A stretch of DNA of 62,796 nucleotides, filler included, from Collodictyon triciliatum (Eukaryota): assembly GCA_043381765.1 (NCBI GenBank). It is 13 parts of 13 records of this genome, joined end to end, with 100 filler letters (N's around TTAATTAATTAA, not from the genome) between each part and the next. Parts side by side here need not be neighbours in the genome. Positions count along the whole stretch, not along the records: positions 1 to 4,994 come from JBHJMP010005575.1; positions 5,095 to 10,087 come from JBHJMP010005576.1; positions 10,188 to 15,179 come from JBHJMP010005577.1; 10 more parts are not named here. One strand, written 5' to 3'. Under the pieces are notes generated by a model, which saw only the letters and a program-made list of their open reading frames with translations, made no database searches and was not told where the DNA came from. Shown one piece after another: positions 1 to 14,997 of the stretch. How positions within the stretch are numbered: the stretch's first letter is position 1; every line of letters starts with the position of its first letter. The position numbers and the translations under genes were made by a program.

Positions 1-146
1 TTTTTTTCCCCTTTTTCTCTTTTCTTCATTTTTTTTCCCTTTTTTTTTTTTTTTTTTTTTTTTTTGCTCCTTTCTTCTCTCGTCTTATAGCTTTATTACT
101 CACGGGGCAATTTTCTGGTATTTCAATATTTCTCGCTGAAAATTAG

Positions 147-3100
147 AATACCGTCGCCGCATCGAACTGTTGCAGGATTTTGATATGCCCATCGCATCGC
201 AGTGCATTCAGATCTCACGCGACGGAAAGTTTGTGGGGATTACCGGTTTGGATATTGTTACTATAATGATTCGTATTATTTTTTTTATTTATAATTGGCT
301 CTTGCCCTTCAAAATATGCTGGGTCTTGAGATAATCTTTTGTGATAGTGAAACTCATTCAAGAGTTGGTGAAAACACTTGCTCAAAACCTTCGAATCATC
401 AATTATTTTTTTTTAAAATCTTCTAAATATATGTATTTAATTATTTATCCAGGGACTTATCCTCCGCAGTTGAAGGTTTATGAACTGGATCAGCTTTCCA
501 TGAAGTTTGATCGACACTTGACATGTGAGGTGGCAAAGTTTCGCATGCTAACAGAAGACTGGTCAAAGCTGGTTCTTTTACATAGGTTTTTTTTTTTTTT
601 TATAAAATAAAATAAAATAAAAGCAACATATGATACATCTTTGTCAGGTCTACCATACTCCTTTTTCTTAATTATATCCTTTTGTATGTAAAACACCACC
701 AACAAATATTCTGATGAAATGCAACATCAGACTTTTATATTTACAACTCAAGCAAGATTTATTGAGTTTTCTCCCTTTCCATTCAATCTCAAACAGAGAT
801 CGCACAGTCGAGTTCCATGCTCGCTACGGTGCCCACTTCAAAACAAGAATCCCAAAAGTAGGTCGCCGAACAAGCAAAAAAAATAAAATAATAATAATAA
901 ATAAATACCCTATTGCTACCCGCCCTATTACCATCGATATTGACTCAGTACTTTAAATACATTAATTTGAAAAGACCTCACCAATACATTCCGTTTTGAA
1001 ACTTGTTATCATTATTATGAAAAACAAAAAAAAAACCTTATCATACTGTCGAATTTTCTTCTTTCAATAGTTTGGTCGAGATTTCCAATATCATGCAAAC
1101 AGCTGTGATCTTTATATTGTTGGCTCATCTCCAGAGATATACCGAATCAATCTGGATGAAGGCCGCCACATGACACCCCTTCTTTCCAACTCAGAAGGAA
1201 TCAATGTTTGCTATTTCTCCCTACCTCGCTATCTATTATGCTAATTATTCTATTTCATCTCCAGTTTTAATTGCAAATGTTTTATTTCACTGCTGAGGCC
1301 ATAATCCCTGTCCAAAAGCAACAAAGCTCTGTCCCTCTTTGAACTAATTTTATCATTTCAAACTGAAAATGATACAAAAATAGGTGTGCGACATCAACCC
1401 GCACCATCAACTCCTCGGCTTTGGGTGCACAAACGGATACTTGGAATGCTTCGACCCTCGCAGCAAAACTCGCTCGGGTTCTCTCAATGTCTCCGCTGCT
1501 GTTAGCTCGTACGTAGAAATCAATACATGAAGGATCAAAAAGCGTTTTGTATGAAATAAATCGGCTGTTCGTTTCTTTTTCCTCTCATCAATTTCATACA
1601 AAATCTTCTTTTTCCATCTCTCTATCTATATTCTCATGTACCTTACTCTTTCGTATTTAAGTGATATGACTCGAGAGATAAGTGCACTTAAGTTCCACGA
1701 AGATGGCCTTCGAACTGCGGTGGGGTTAGACTCCGGACATGTACTATTGTATGACTTGCGTTCATCCAATCCAGTCGTAGTAAGTCATGGTGATTTCAGA
1801 GATGAATATAAACTGTTTTTTTTTTTTTTATAAAAAAATATAATTATTATAATGTATGTTTTGAGAATTTGAACACGTGTCAAGTTAAATGCGTTGTAGG
1901 TGAAAGACCACCAGTACGGTTATCCCATTCACACACTTGATTTCATCGGGAATAAAGTATTCTCGTGTGATACGAAGATTGCAAAGATATGGGATAAAGA
2001 TACAGTAATTTACAAAATTGAAAACCGTCACTGCCCTCATTTTTTCTTCTCAATTCATCGACTTGAGTAATACACTTCTATCAAAGTTGTGTCATATAAT
2101 TTTTAAATGAAATATATGTCTTCATAACAGTATGAACCCATGGTATTCTTTAGGGAAAACTATTCACGTCTCTCGAGCCTGGCTCCGATATCAATGATGC
2201 AGCGATTTATCCAAAGTCTGGACTTGTATTTGCATGCATCGAGGCAAAGCGAGTCGGTGTATTTTACATTCCGTCACTTGGACCTGCGCCAAAGTGGTGT
2301 TCGTTTTTGGATAATCTTACGGTGTGTGCATCTTTCCCAAGAATGACACTTTTTTTTTTGTTTGAAATAGCGTACAACTTAGTGTATTTTGTGATTGATT
2401 GTATCGCGTATGCATACTTTCATTTTTAGCGCTCTAGTGTGTTAAAAAAAAAGAAAAGGAAGAGGATAAATGTGAAACGAAATAGAAATGATACGTGCTG
2501 TGATTGATATTCAGTACATTCCCTAGTAGATTCAAATACTAAACTTTACAGATATTTTACTTGGTATTTTTCCTCCTTTTTCTTTTTTTTAATTACAGGA
2601 AGAGTTGGAAGAAGACCAAAATCTCTCTACCTATGATGACTACAAATTCCTCACCAGAGAAGAACTCACCAGGTTTCATTATACACAGAAACTCTGTCGA
2701 TCTGAAATGATATCAACACATGTCGAACCTAAATATTTGTCGCCAAATTTAGTCATATACTCGAAAGCTAATACATATGAAGGTGTATAGACACCTATAT
2801 AAAAAAAAATGAAGATATATAAAAATTACAAATCCAGTACGATTACCTTGTTTTAGACTCGGGCTTGAGAATCTTATTGGAACTCCTCTTCTTCGCGCGT
2901 ACATGCACGGATTCTTTATCGACTTTAGACTATACCAAAAAGCAAGTTATTTATTGTTTTGAGAAACTTATATGAAGCTTTTGTTCCTCAAGCAGGAATC
3001 TAACATTGCTTAATTTACACTATGCAATCTCTTCATTTTTTTAAATCACAATTACAGGCGAAATCGATTGCGGAGCCGTTTGACTATGAGGAATACAGAA

Positions 3101-4789
3101 AAACCCTTATCAAGAGGAAAATCGAAGAGGACAGAGGAAACCGAATTACACTAAAGAAAACATTGCCTGATGTGAGTAGATGATTGACGTTACAACGCCT
3201 TCTTAAAAGATTTTTCCAGCAGTTTTTCGTCTTGAATTCATCGTAATCTGTATTCGTACATATAAAACATGATATTATAAAAATGCCAGTTTTATGCATC
3301 TTTTAAAATTATTTTTTTTGTAACACTCGGGTTTTTTTTCTTAAAAAAAACCTTCATATCCTAGGTTAATCGCGAGTTGGCTCAAAAACTCATGGACACA
3401 ACAGAGAAAAAGAAAAAGAAGAGAACTGAACCCAACAAGGAGGAATCCACGCAAAAGGCACCCGGAGCTGAGCTTCTGCAGGATTCTCGTTTTAGTGCAC
3501 TTTTCAAGGATCCAAACTTCCAGATGGACAAAGAGGATGAGGAGTTCAAGAGACTTTATCCACAAGGACTTGGGGTAAATACAATAGTTGGTGTGCTTTG
3601 CTTAAATAGGACATTTGTCTCTTGTCCTAAAGCATTATCATCATCTGGTTGTTTGATTCAAAACCATATATATATATATTTATAAAAATTATAAACATAC
3701 ATATAACATTACCGTAATAGTAATACCACTTTCAATTTGATTACTTAGGCAACTCCTGACAAAGAAAGCCCCGAAATTGAGAACTTTGATGCCCAAGACT
3801 CCGATGGCTCCATCGGCAATAAAAATGACTCATATGACGAAGATGATTTTGACGAATCTGACGAAGATAGATCTGATGATAGCGATACAGGTGCCCCATA
3901 CACTTCGATAATCCATCACTCTAAATATAATTTTTTTTTCATCTGCTCTAGTTACTTAACCTCTAACTATTTATCGGAAAATCTACATTTAAGACTTTGT
4001 TGGAAAAGCTAAAGCACAAAGACTAAAGGCGAAAAAGGAGCTCAGGGAGGAGCAGAAACGTACAGCAAATCATGGAAAAAATATTAAATTCTACGAATTA
4101 CCGGTTTGTCGTCCAGTTCTCTTCTGCAAACTCTGAAGACTCTCTTAACCCGATTATTTGCCAAAAATTTATAGATTATGCATCAAAAACAAAACAAAAA
4201 TTATAGAAGTAACGTAGTTAAAATCATCCATCACAGAGCTCCAGTAATGTGATGAAGTCATTTTCGAGCTCCGAGAAGTCAGCAAAGAGAAGCAATGCTC
4301 CTCTAGGCTTCAGAGTTGACAAAGAAAGCACGTCTAACAAATTGTCGCGAAGTGGCCTTGGAGGGCGTGAAATCGTTTGGTCAAAGGTATCTCCAACAAA
4401 CAAAAAAGATGATGAATTAGACATAGCAACAAACAACAGATTCATGTGTAACCTCACACAACCAACTAACCATTCGCAAGCTGCCCATGCATTTTTCTTC
4501 AATTCACATCTGTATTAATATATATGACTGCACAAATATGTGCTACAATTCAACGGTGAATCTCTGCTCCATTTTCCTAATTTCCGGACCGCAATACCCA
4601 CAGAAGCCAAAGGCAAGCAGGGACGCACCAGAAAGCGAAGGATTTGAACCTGACCGGAGAGAAAGAAGAGGAATCCGTGAACTTGGGTTGAGAGACCCGT
4701 CCGGTTCCCGCGGCCGAGGACGTGGACGTGGACGTGGGCGTGGGCGTGGACGTGGACGCGGAAGCGGAAGTGGAAGCAGTCGCCGGTGA
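147..4789 (+). CDS. NOL10: Nucleolar protein 10 / Enp2 (WD40 + NUC153 ribosome biogenesis factor), multi-exon, 5' partial
   Basis: Spliced exons give [131 protein letters not shown] and DSRFSALFKDPNFQMD. C-terminal RG repeat; TGA ends at 4789. Confidence 0.95.
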
Positions 4790-4839
4790 ATGAACGGGGC
4801 TGATAAAGAACAATTACTCGCTCAGCCAATCACCCAACT

Positions 4840-4994
4840 CCTCACTCACCCACCCACTCACTCACTCACTCACTCACTCACTCACTCACTCACTCACTCA
4901 CTCACTCACTCACTCACTCACTCACTCACTCACTCACTCACTCACTCACTCACACACACACTCACTCACTGACTCACTGACTCACTCACTGACT
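4840..4994. repeat. (ACTC)n microsatellite at contig end
   Basis: Tandem ACTC seen directly; it runs into the N gap. Confidence 0.95.
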
Positions 4995-5094
4995 NNNNNN
5001 NNNNNNNNNNNNNNNNNNNNNNNNNNNNNNNNNNNNNNTTAATTAATTAANNNNNNNNNNNNNNNNNNNNNNNNNNNNNNNNNNNNNNNNNNNN
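4995..5094. other. Artificial contig linker N~44-TTAATTAATTAA-N~44 (first of 12)
   Basis: The same all-frame-stop linker recurs at about 5039, 10132, 15224, 18542, 23630, 28708, 33792, 38876, 43959, 49043, 54126 and 59207. Most contigs between linkers are about 4.98-4.99 kb. Confidence 0.97.
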
Positions 5095-5660
5095 CATTGA
5101 GCGCACATTTGTGCAATGTCCCTTCGCTCAAAACCTGCGCGAAACAGCCGGTGAGATTCTTCGACTGACACTCAAGACGGCTGCGGCTGTTGGCCCAATC
5201 CAGGCAATATTTGGGCCTCTGCAACAGCTGCATCCAGATGCAAAAACATTCTGGGCAGTGACGCGAGGCCATTTGCTATGGACTATGTTGATAGCGCGCA
5301 TATACTCACGCAAAGCAAGACTCAACAACCAGCCACCCATTCCTGATAATAGACTGGATGACATCATACAAATCTCTATCCTCAACAGCTTTCTTCTCCA
5401 CCTGCACATTCTCTAATAATCAGACCCCGTGAGAAGAGACATGTGGAAAGAGGCTGAGAAGAATATTAAACCTCGCCTTGTATCTCTCATGCAAGCACAA
5501 GACCCAGGCTACAGGCCAAACCGCAGGATGCAATTGCTGATTACCGACTACTTCTCCATCACCCGGAAACCAAGTAGCGTCCATGCAAACGATGGCTAGC
5601 GAACCAAAGCCAACATCTCCACTATCCTGCACAAAATTGAAAGGAAGAATAAAAAAAAAT
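5095..5660 (+). mobile_element. Non-LTR retrotransposon (L1/Tx1-like) ORF2 C-terminus plus 3' end and A tail, family A
   Basis: ERTFVQCPFAQ...FWAVTRGHLLWTMLIAR resembles the end of the ORF2 CCHC finger and the following W..W..R segment. In-frame stops are present. It ends AAATTGAAAGGAAGAATAAAAAAAAA, and a close copy lies at 18598-18943. Confidence 0.7.
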
Positions 5661-5783
5661 CACGATTCAGGACTCGGTTTGTAATAAATTTGCGACAAGA
5701 GAGCCAGACATGATTTGATTAAACACTCCATGCTGATATTCTTATCATGCGAACTTTTATTCAATTTGGAGATGATTTCTCAA

Positions 5784-6100
5784 CTTTTTTTTTACATTTC
5801 CAATTTGATTTGTGCAAGATTAGATATGTTGGCTTTGATTCGCTAGCATTTGTTTGCATGGATGCTTCCATCGGAACCTGAGTGACAGAGAAGAAGTCGG
5901 TAATCAGGATTAGCATATCGCGGGTTGGCCTGTAGCCTGGGTCTTGTGGTGCATGAGAGGTAAGAAGAGGTTAAACCACTTTCTCGGTTTCTTTACACAA
6001 ATCTCTTTTCACAGGGCCCGATTAATGAAGAATGTGAAGATGGTAAAATAATCAGTTGTGGAAATGGGGAGTCATATCACATTAGTAGCGAAGATTCTGC
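5784..6100 (-). mobile_element. Diverged family A LINE 3' fragment, inverted
   Basis: The reverse complement aligns by eye to 5380-5660 (e.g. CACAAGACCCAGGCTACAGGCCAA, GCTAGCGAATCAAAGCCAACATA), with poly-T at about 5784. Confidence 0.7.
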
Positions 6101-7599
6101 ACATTCATACTCTCTAACCCTTATAATCATGTACAAAACTATTGTATGAAGAGACATTCTGCCGTGTGAGAAAAATAAACTCATCTGATAAATACCAGAC
6201 TTATTTCCCCTTATTTTTATGCAGCACACATTTTTTGGAGAGATTAGTGAATTCGGTGTCTGATGTTACTAATCACTTCATCTGTAATTATTATTATAAA
6301 AATACAGACATTTATCCGATCATAGGCTATGGTATTCTGCTCTGCGAATTTTGTGTTGAAAAAAAATGAGACGATTGAATTGTTTTGGCGAGCCTACACA
6401 GGTTAGTAAATTCAAGTATTTCTAATTACAAAGTAATAATTTCAGACGTGATACATTTTAGAATATCATTTATTCAATTTTTGAGCTTTTGTAATTTTTA
6501 TATGGAAACGAATAGGCACTACGATTATATCGTCATATATAGGTCGATATTTTCAACATAAGGTCTACTACATACTATTTAGAAACAGCATCATTCTTCA
6601 TTTATCATTCCGATGTCTTATTTTTTTGTATTTTTATTCATATAGGAATGATTGCATTCATGCCTCTTGATGGGCTGCTGAAGTAAACGAAAGTGAAGGA
6701 GGTGTTTTATAATGAATCTGTATTTTTTTTAACCTCACATATTGGAAATCGGTTGATACAGGGATTGTATGAATTTAGTCGACTTTGATTATCCCTTCAG
6801 TCTATTCTAATCTAATTTCAATAACAGTAAACACCTGTATCCACAACGCAACCGAATTGCTTTCATTCCGGATAATATAATATTGATTTATAAATGATTG
6901 TATTTATGATTATGCCCACATTGATGAGAAAGATAATCATTCGTTTATACCATGCAGGAACCAGTTGAAGGCCTTTGAATACCCAATTTGGCCGAAAGAA
7001 GACGAAGTTGCTTGCTCATTAAGTTTCGCGGCTCACGGTTTATTACGTTGCCTGAAATGAAAGAATATATTAAACAAATGCTTTTATTTTACATCATTTA
7101 TTTTTACGTGATTAAGATAAAAGATATATAAATTTATGTCTGTTTCATGCTCCATCGTTAATGTGGCTAATATCAGAATAGCTCAACACATTATATTTTT
7201 AATTGTTTTTTTGGATTTGATTCAATCGAAAAATATTGAAGCAAATGAGGTGTTTATATATCAGTATCATAATAATCTCGAAATATATGTTTCATTTTAT
7301 CTAGATTTCCAATACTTTTGTTAATGACGAATCAGAAGTAACGTATGAATGAATAACGATAGTCATACTTGGGTTTATAAGAACAAACCAGCTAATGAGA
7401 GAAAACCGATGATTTTATATCAAAATATTAGTTAATAAGCAACGATGATATATGATTGTTTTTTTGAGTTTTGATTCTAATAGCCTTTGTTTAGTCATAT
7501 TTTGAGTCATTCCATGTGAAACAAATATATAGAAATCATCTTTTGTATCTGATTTTCACTAAATATATCTTTCGCTCTGAATCCTGCGAAGGTCATGCT

Positions 7600-7790
7600 A
7601 AAGGACACGAGACAAAACAACCAAGGGAAAGGGAACTGTTTGATCTGCTGCTACTACCGAGAGGGGAGGGGTGGTTGGATGGACGACTCCTAGTTTTTCC
7701 GATGATATGAAGAGATGGTCTATGGAACGATTTATGGGGTGTGGGGATGAGTTGTTGTGTGAGAATCAGTAAGTCTCTTTGTTGTCCAAA
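7600..7790 (-). mobile_element. Degenerate APE-type endonuclease fragment of a LINE
   Basis: The minus strand reads ETY*FSHNNSS...RSIDHLFISS...PLSVVAADQ, resembling the T-F...(S)RIDY.F.S...SDH end of L1 endonucleases. It contains a stop. Confidence 0.4.
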
Positions 7791-8779
7791 ATTTCATAAA
7801 AAAATAATAATAAAAAATCATTTCAATATATTCAATGTGTTAAATTGAACGCGACGGAACAGGTATGTTATCACAAACCTATATTTTATATATTTGTATG
7901 AATTGCAATTTTCATGTAGTATTATACGATTTGTATTTTATTCAAAGAAATCAATATGCCAATGAAGCAATAAAATACACTAGTGTTTGTTCAGTGCAAT
8001 TATATTTTCCTTTTTATAACCAATCAAAGCCTAATAATACACCAGCGATGTCCATGCCTGCAGACTTCAGAACCTATCTTTTCTATTCTATTAAAAAAAA
8101 AAAACGTGTGTGAAAGATTAATTTTAATTTTGCAATTACTCTAATTTGCCAGCTGTGTCTATTTATTATGAAACGGATAGGAGTCCTTGCCGAGCTGATA
8201 GCCACGTTTACCACGAAAGGAGTATCTTATTCTATGCATATTCCATTATTTTATTATCCTTATTACTCAAGAACAACTATCCGCTCGAAACATCCTTGCC
8301 TCAGTTCGCCGCCTGTGATACCACCACCCCTCCCCCCGACTCGGCTGGGAATGCACACTCGACAACAGCTCATCCTCGCCCACATAAATCGTTGCCTCGC
8401 TTCGGCTGCCTTTTTTTTGGTGTGTGGTAAGGAGCATGAAGTGTTTTATCCAAATGAATATAAATGCATGTGTGAGATGCCTAATGAAGCTCATGTAACT
8501 GATTACTTTTCTGTATTGCTTTCATTTTTTCCTTCTTGGAATAACGGCACGGAGATCGAAAGCGCAAGCTTGAAGCAAACACACAACCGAACGCAAGAAT
8601 GGAGCCCTCCGCTCGACCAAAGGTTCCCAGCCACACCTAATCGCCCACAAAGAGCGCCCGGAAGCAGAACCTGTACGGAACCGGCTGCCACGTCCGCCTT
8701 CGAGGTAAGCACAAGCTGCCCAGAACTACCACGCCCACATACAGGTAAGGAAAGAATAAGACCAAGTCCTGAAAGATCT

Positions 8780-9400
8780 TGAGTGCCATAATAAGATGAC
8801 TATAAACCAGCTATTCGATCAACTTCAGGAATACACAGCAACCTTTCCAAAAAAAAAAATAATCGCAGAGACGAGAGTAACATAATACTTAACTGCTCTT
8901 TTTTTTCCGTGCCCATAACGAGAGAGGCCAGCTTCTTTGCTACACTTTATCTGCCGCACTCCTTCGGGCTTCATCAAGGGCGACATTGCAGGTGCGTGAA
9001 AAGTATCGATTCATCTTCACAGTATTCTTCAAGGGTTAAAACGTGTTTTTGATGAATGAATCGCTGAATAACAATCCAACATCAGAACTACCCAAAGCAT
9101 AAAAAAATAAAAATTCTATGTTACTTTTCCCTTCTCTATTTCGTACTCGGTCAAAGAACACAAGGGAAAAGCCAAAAGAAATTATCATGGTAAACTCCGT
9201 CACAATACTAACAGAACGAGCTGTCAAGCATAGAAAGACAATGTCGACCCTTTTAAACCCAACCACCCGGAGCTATGAAAGAATAAGCACTGCTCAAACA
9301 AAAGTAACCTTCACAAGAGCTCCCCAAAAAGAGCGGACGGGTTCTTGGAGACGCGCCTCACACTAAAACAATCTGGACAATCAATTCAAGGTGCAGTAAT
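8780..9400 (+). mobile_element. Possible degenerate LTR/DIRS-type reverse transcriptase remnant
   Basis: Frameshifted reading YLTALFF/FFSVPITREASFFATLYLPHSFGL resembles the RT motif DL..AFFSIPL...FAF...LPFG. No intact ORF. Confidence 0.3.
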
Positions 9401-9473
9401 ATGAATTCAGAATTATTTTTTATTTTCATGCAAAACGAAAGTTTACTTTTTCATTCGAATAGTATTAATATAC

Positions 9474-9553
9474 AAGGATAATTCCTAACATCCCCACCAT
9501 CCTACACAAAATTTAAAGGAAGAATAAAAAAAATAGAAGGATAATACCTAACA
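9474..9553 (+). mobile_element. Short family A LINE 3'-end insertion with TSD
   Basis: AAGGATAATTCCTAACA (9474-9490) and AAGGATAATACCTAACA (9537-9553) flank TCCCCACCATCCTACACAAAATTTAAAGGAAGAATAAAAAAAA. Confidence 0.7.
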
Positions 9554-10337
9554 AAGCATTTTTTTTTTCATGATTTGTCTGTTACTGCAAGGCACATTTG
9601 GAAAAAAAAACGCTTACGATGAATGGATGGCAAGCACCTAAACCTGCAAAACTTAAGCGATGGTGGTTTGGTATTTTTTTTTTATCCCACGTTAAATCGT
9701 CACGATGAAAATCTCAGGCTATAATTAATGGATAGTATTACATGAGTATCGGTATTACAATTTTATTTTGTTTGTGAATTTGACATCCTGTGGGAACATA
9801 CTCACCATCACATATAGTTTGGGACTTTTGCACAATTTAGAATACATTCAGAGGAATTATATAAGTCGACCTGGAAGAATATCAATCTATCACGCAGACT
9901 TTCATACATCACATTTCTTATATTATACGAAATATTTAGCATTAAGAGAATGTTTAGTGGCCGTATGATGCATAAGCAAATCACATCCATATTATTTAAA
10001 AAAAAAGCAATCAAAACATAGAATTCATTTCATGTTGAGATATATTTGTATTCATGAACAGTTTATTTCATAACAAGAAAAATTTTTNNNNNNNNNNNNN
10101 NNNNNNNNNNNNNNNNNNNNNNNNNNNNNNNTTAATTAATTAANNNNNNNNNNNNNNNNNNNNNNNNNNNNNNNNNNNNNNNNNNNNTCTTCTTCCTCTT
10201 CTTCCTCTTCTTCCTCTTCTTCCTCTTCTTCCCTCTCATAAAGAGTCTTTATTCACATCCATAATCCCCAACATATGCTCAGTTTGGAATATTGGCCATC
10301 TCGGGGTTAAATTTTCATTATTTGGATTAATTTTCAG

Positions 10338-12900
10338 GACTGTAATATTCCTGGATTCATCAATTCTCTTGTTATCAAGTTAAAGCCTCAGGTATCTATA
10401 ACTGTGTCTTTGACTTACAAAAACAAAAAAGGCCAATTTCTTTTCTTTTTTTTAAAAAACAAACAAACAAACAAACAAACAAACAAACAAACATAGTTAC
10501 CCATAACCAGACAAATTAAAGAAAAGTTATGTTAATAAATTCAGGAATGAAAAGATATGAAAAATAAAAGGAATGCGCACATAGATTTAGGGCTGTACCA
10601 CTAGAGACTCTGTTGATCAGTAAACATAAATTGTATTGACATAATTGATAGGTCGCCCTTCCCGGGGACTACATTATCCGGCATGGTGAAATTGGACGCG
10701 AAATGTATTTTTTATCTCACGGGGAGGTCGAGGTGCTTTCTGGAGATGGAAAATCGGTCTATGCCACTCTAAAGGAAGGGAGCTACTTCGGAGAAATTGC
10801 CCTTCTGTATGTATCTTAATCTCCATCTTATACTTGCGACATTTTCTTCCTTATGCTATTATATTTTTGATATGCTTCCCCGTTAAAAAAATAATGAAAA
10901 TATTGATTTAATATACTAAAAAAATAATAATAAGTAGAATAATGTCACTCACAAAGGAATTCACTTATCATTTTACCGCATGCAGATTTGAGGCCCGCCG
11001 TATCGCACACGTTCGCACAACAACATATTGTGACCTTTTAATGCTTACCAAGGACGACTTTGATGCCGTGCTATGTTTTTTCCCTACTCTTGCGGACGAA
11101 ATGAGACAAAAAGCCAAAGAAAAAATTTCCGAGCAACGTGCAAAAGCCAGTGCCCAGGGTGTTATAGCACCTGCCCGAAAAGTCAGTCTGATTTCGCTGA
11201 CTGAAGAAGAGGAGAAGAAACTGAAAGAGAAAGAGAGCCTACTGCGATGGACCAACAGTGGATTCCCTGTTGGATTCCGAAGCCAAAAGCTGCAGCAACA
11301 CCACCCAAGCGTAGACTTTGACCGATTCTTTAACGAAAACAGAGACCGAGCCGCTAGCGAGCATTCAGGACATGGATTCCACAGCCGAAGCAACTCCGTC
11401 CAGCAATACCGCCGAGACTCGCGCTTCAGCGACGGGCGATGCAGCAGCATGATGGAGGACGGCCTCGGCGAAATATATGTGCACCCAGACGACTCAATGG
11501 AAGGCTCAGCGTACTATGCAGGAGACTCGAACCTCCACGTGCCCCTGACACAGCGAACCTTGCTGGACGAAGAGGCTATGCAGCAGGAGCAGCAAGGCGC
11601 AAACAACCCGGAGATGCAGACCACGCCGCCAATCGTATCAACAACCACAACCACATCAGCGATGATGACAACAACAGCGACAACAAATCTAAGTTCAGGC
11701 TCAGGCCCGGCAGAGTCGTCCCAGGCTACATCCTCAAACACGACGCTGCTGGGCGCCGGGGAGACACCATCAGGCAACACCATGCGCCGTGTGGACGCTG
11801 TCATCCTGGACAATTCCCTTGCAGACATCACCACAGCGATTGTGGAGCCGGCCGAAGAGAGCTACGCAAAGGCGCTCCACGGCGGACAGCTTCCGGCCAA
11901 GCGACCCACACAGCCCAACCACCGTTACTTCCGGGCCCGATGGAAGGCGCTGGCCTACAACGCCCTGATTCAGCAGTACCCGCGCGATGCCCCGGCTTAT
12001 GCGCCCGAAGCCGCCTCGCCCGTGGTGACGCTGCCCGTCCCGCCTGCGCCTCGGCCCCGGTCCTCGCTGCTGCCTCCGGCCCACCCGAGCGAGAACATAG
12101 TTCGGCTGCACATGCCTGTGGCTTCAAGCTCTGTCTCTCTCTCGGGCTCAGGTGCAGGTACAGGTACAGGTGCAGGTACAGGCTCGTTTCTCGGGCCCGG
12201 GTTGGGTTCGGCCACACTGGGGCACATGCAGCTGGAAGTTCCGCAGAGGCCGCCGATTCCGTTTGCCCCGCCAGCGTTGGGTGTGGCTGCACCGCCCATG
12301 GCCATGACGTTTGCGCCCAGCCTTTTGGATAGCACGCATGCGCATCTGCCATTCCAATTGCCATTGCCGATGATGCAAACACCGATACAGACGCAGATGC
12401 AGACACAGACACAGACACCGATACAAACACAAACACAAACACACGCGGCAAGCGCTACCTGGGGCTCGTCGCGCCGCTCGTCCATCCCGGTGGACCAGAA
12501 GCTGTTCCATGCGGTGGTCAACGGACTCAATACGGCGCATGACGACAATCCGCAGATCCAGGAGCTGGAGGCCATGACCAAGCCGTCCACGTTCAGCAAG
12601 GAGGAGTGGAAGCAGTGGCTCGAGTTTATTGACGACGAGGTGCGCAAGCAGCCGGACGACGACCCCAAGCCCATGACTGTGGACGATGTCTACACAAGGC
12701 GCATGCATGACTACCAAACCAAGCAAAACTCCTCCTTCAATCGCAGGACAAACTACCTGCATGGGAAATGGCACGCGGAGGACGCAGCGTCGAGCTCGGG
12801 CAGAGACAGAGACAAGGATGCCAGCCATGGGAAACCAGCTGGGACTCGAGGCACACGAACAACAATCATGGAGGAGGATGAAGGGCTGGACGACCTGTGA
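10338..12900 (+). CDS. Cyclic-nucleotide-binding-domain ion channel (CNG/HCN/EAG-like), 3' part with long low-complexity tail
   Basis: Exons 10338-10391, 10652-10806 and 10987-12900 give [46 protein letters not shown]...[42 protein letters not shown], a C-linker plus CNBD. Confidence 0.9.
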
Positions 12901-13205
12901 TTGCAGCGACCTGCGTTGCACGCATCTGATTTTCATTGCCAGGCTGTGCTTTTGCTTGTACCAAACATTCCCTCCCTTACTCTTTCTTTCTCTCTCACTC
13001 TCCATCTATCGCTCTGCAACCATCCCTGGCTGTTGTTGTATTGCGTCCAGAGACGTTATCCAAGGCCACATCACATTCATTCCCCAGCTTCGTCACCACT
13101 GCTATTATCAATCAATCAATCAACCGACCAACTAACCCTTCTCTTTTCTAACCCCGTTTATATATTTGAATAAAGACAACGGTTTGTTTGTACGCGCGTT
13201 TGTGT

Positions 13206-14997
<1,792 letters not shown>

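Noticed and set aside
8168-8782. 204-aa ORF as a host gene
   Set aside because: No recognisable domain, and it sits among retroelement debris.
11439-13135. Multiple long overlapping ORFs on both strands
   Set aside because: These are shadow ORFs of a GC-rich exon, with no recognisable domains.
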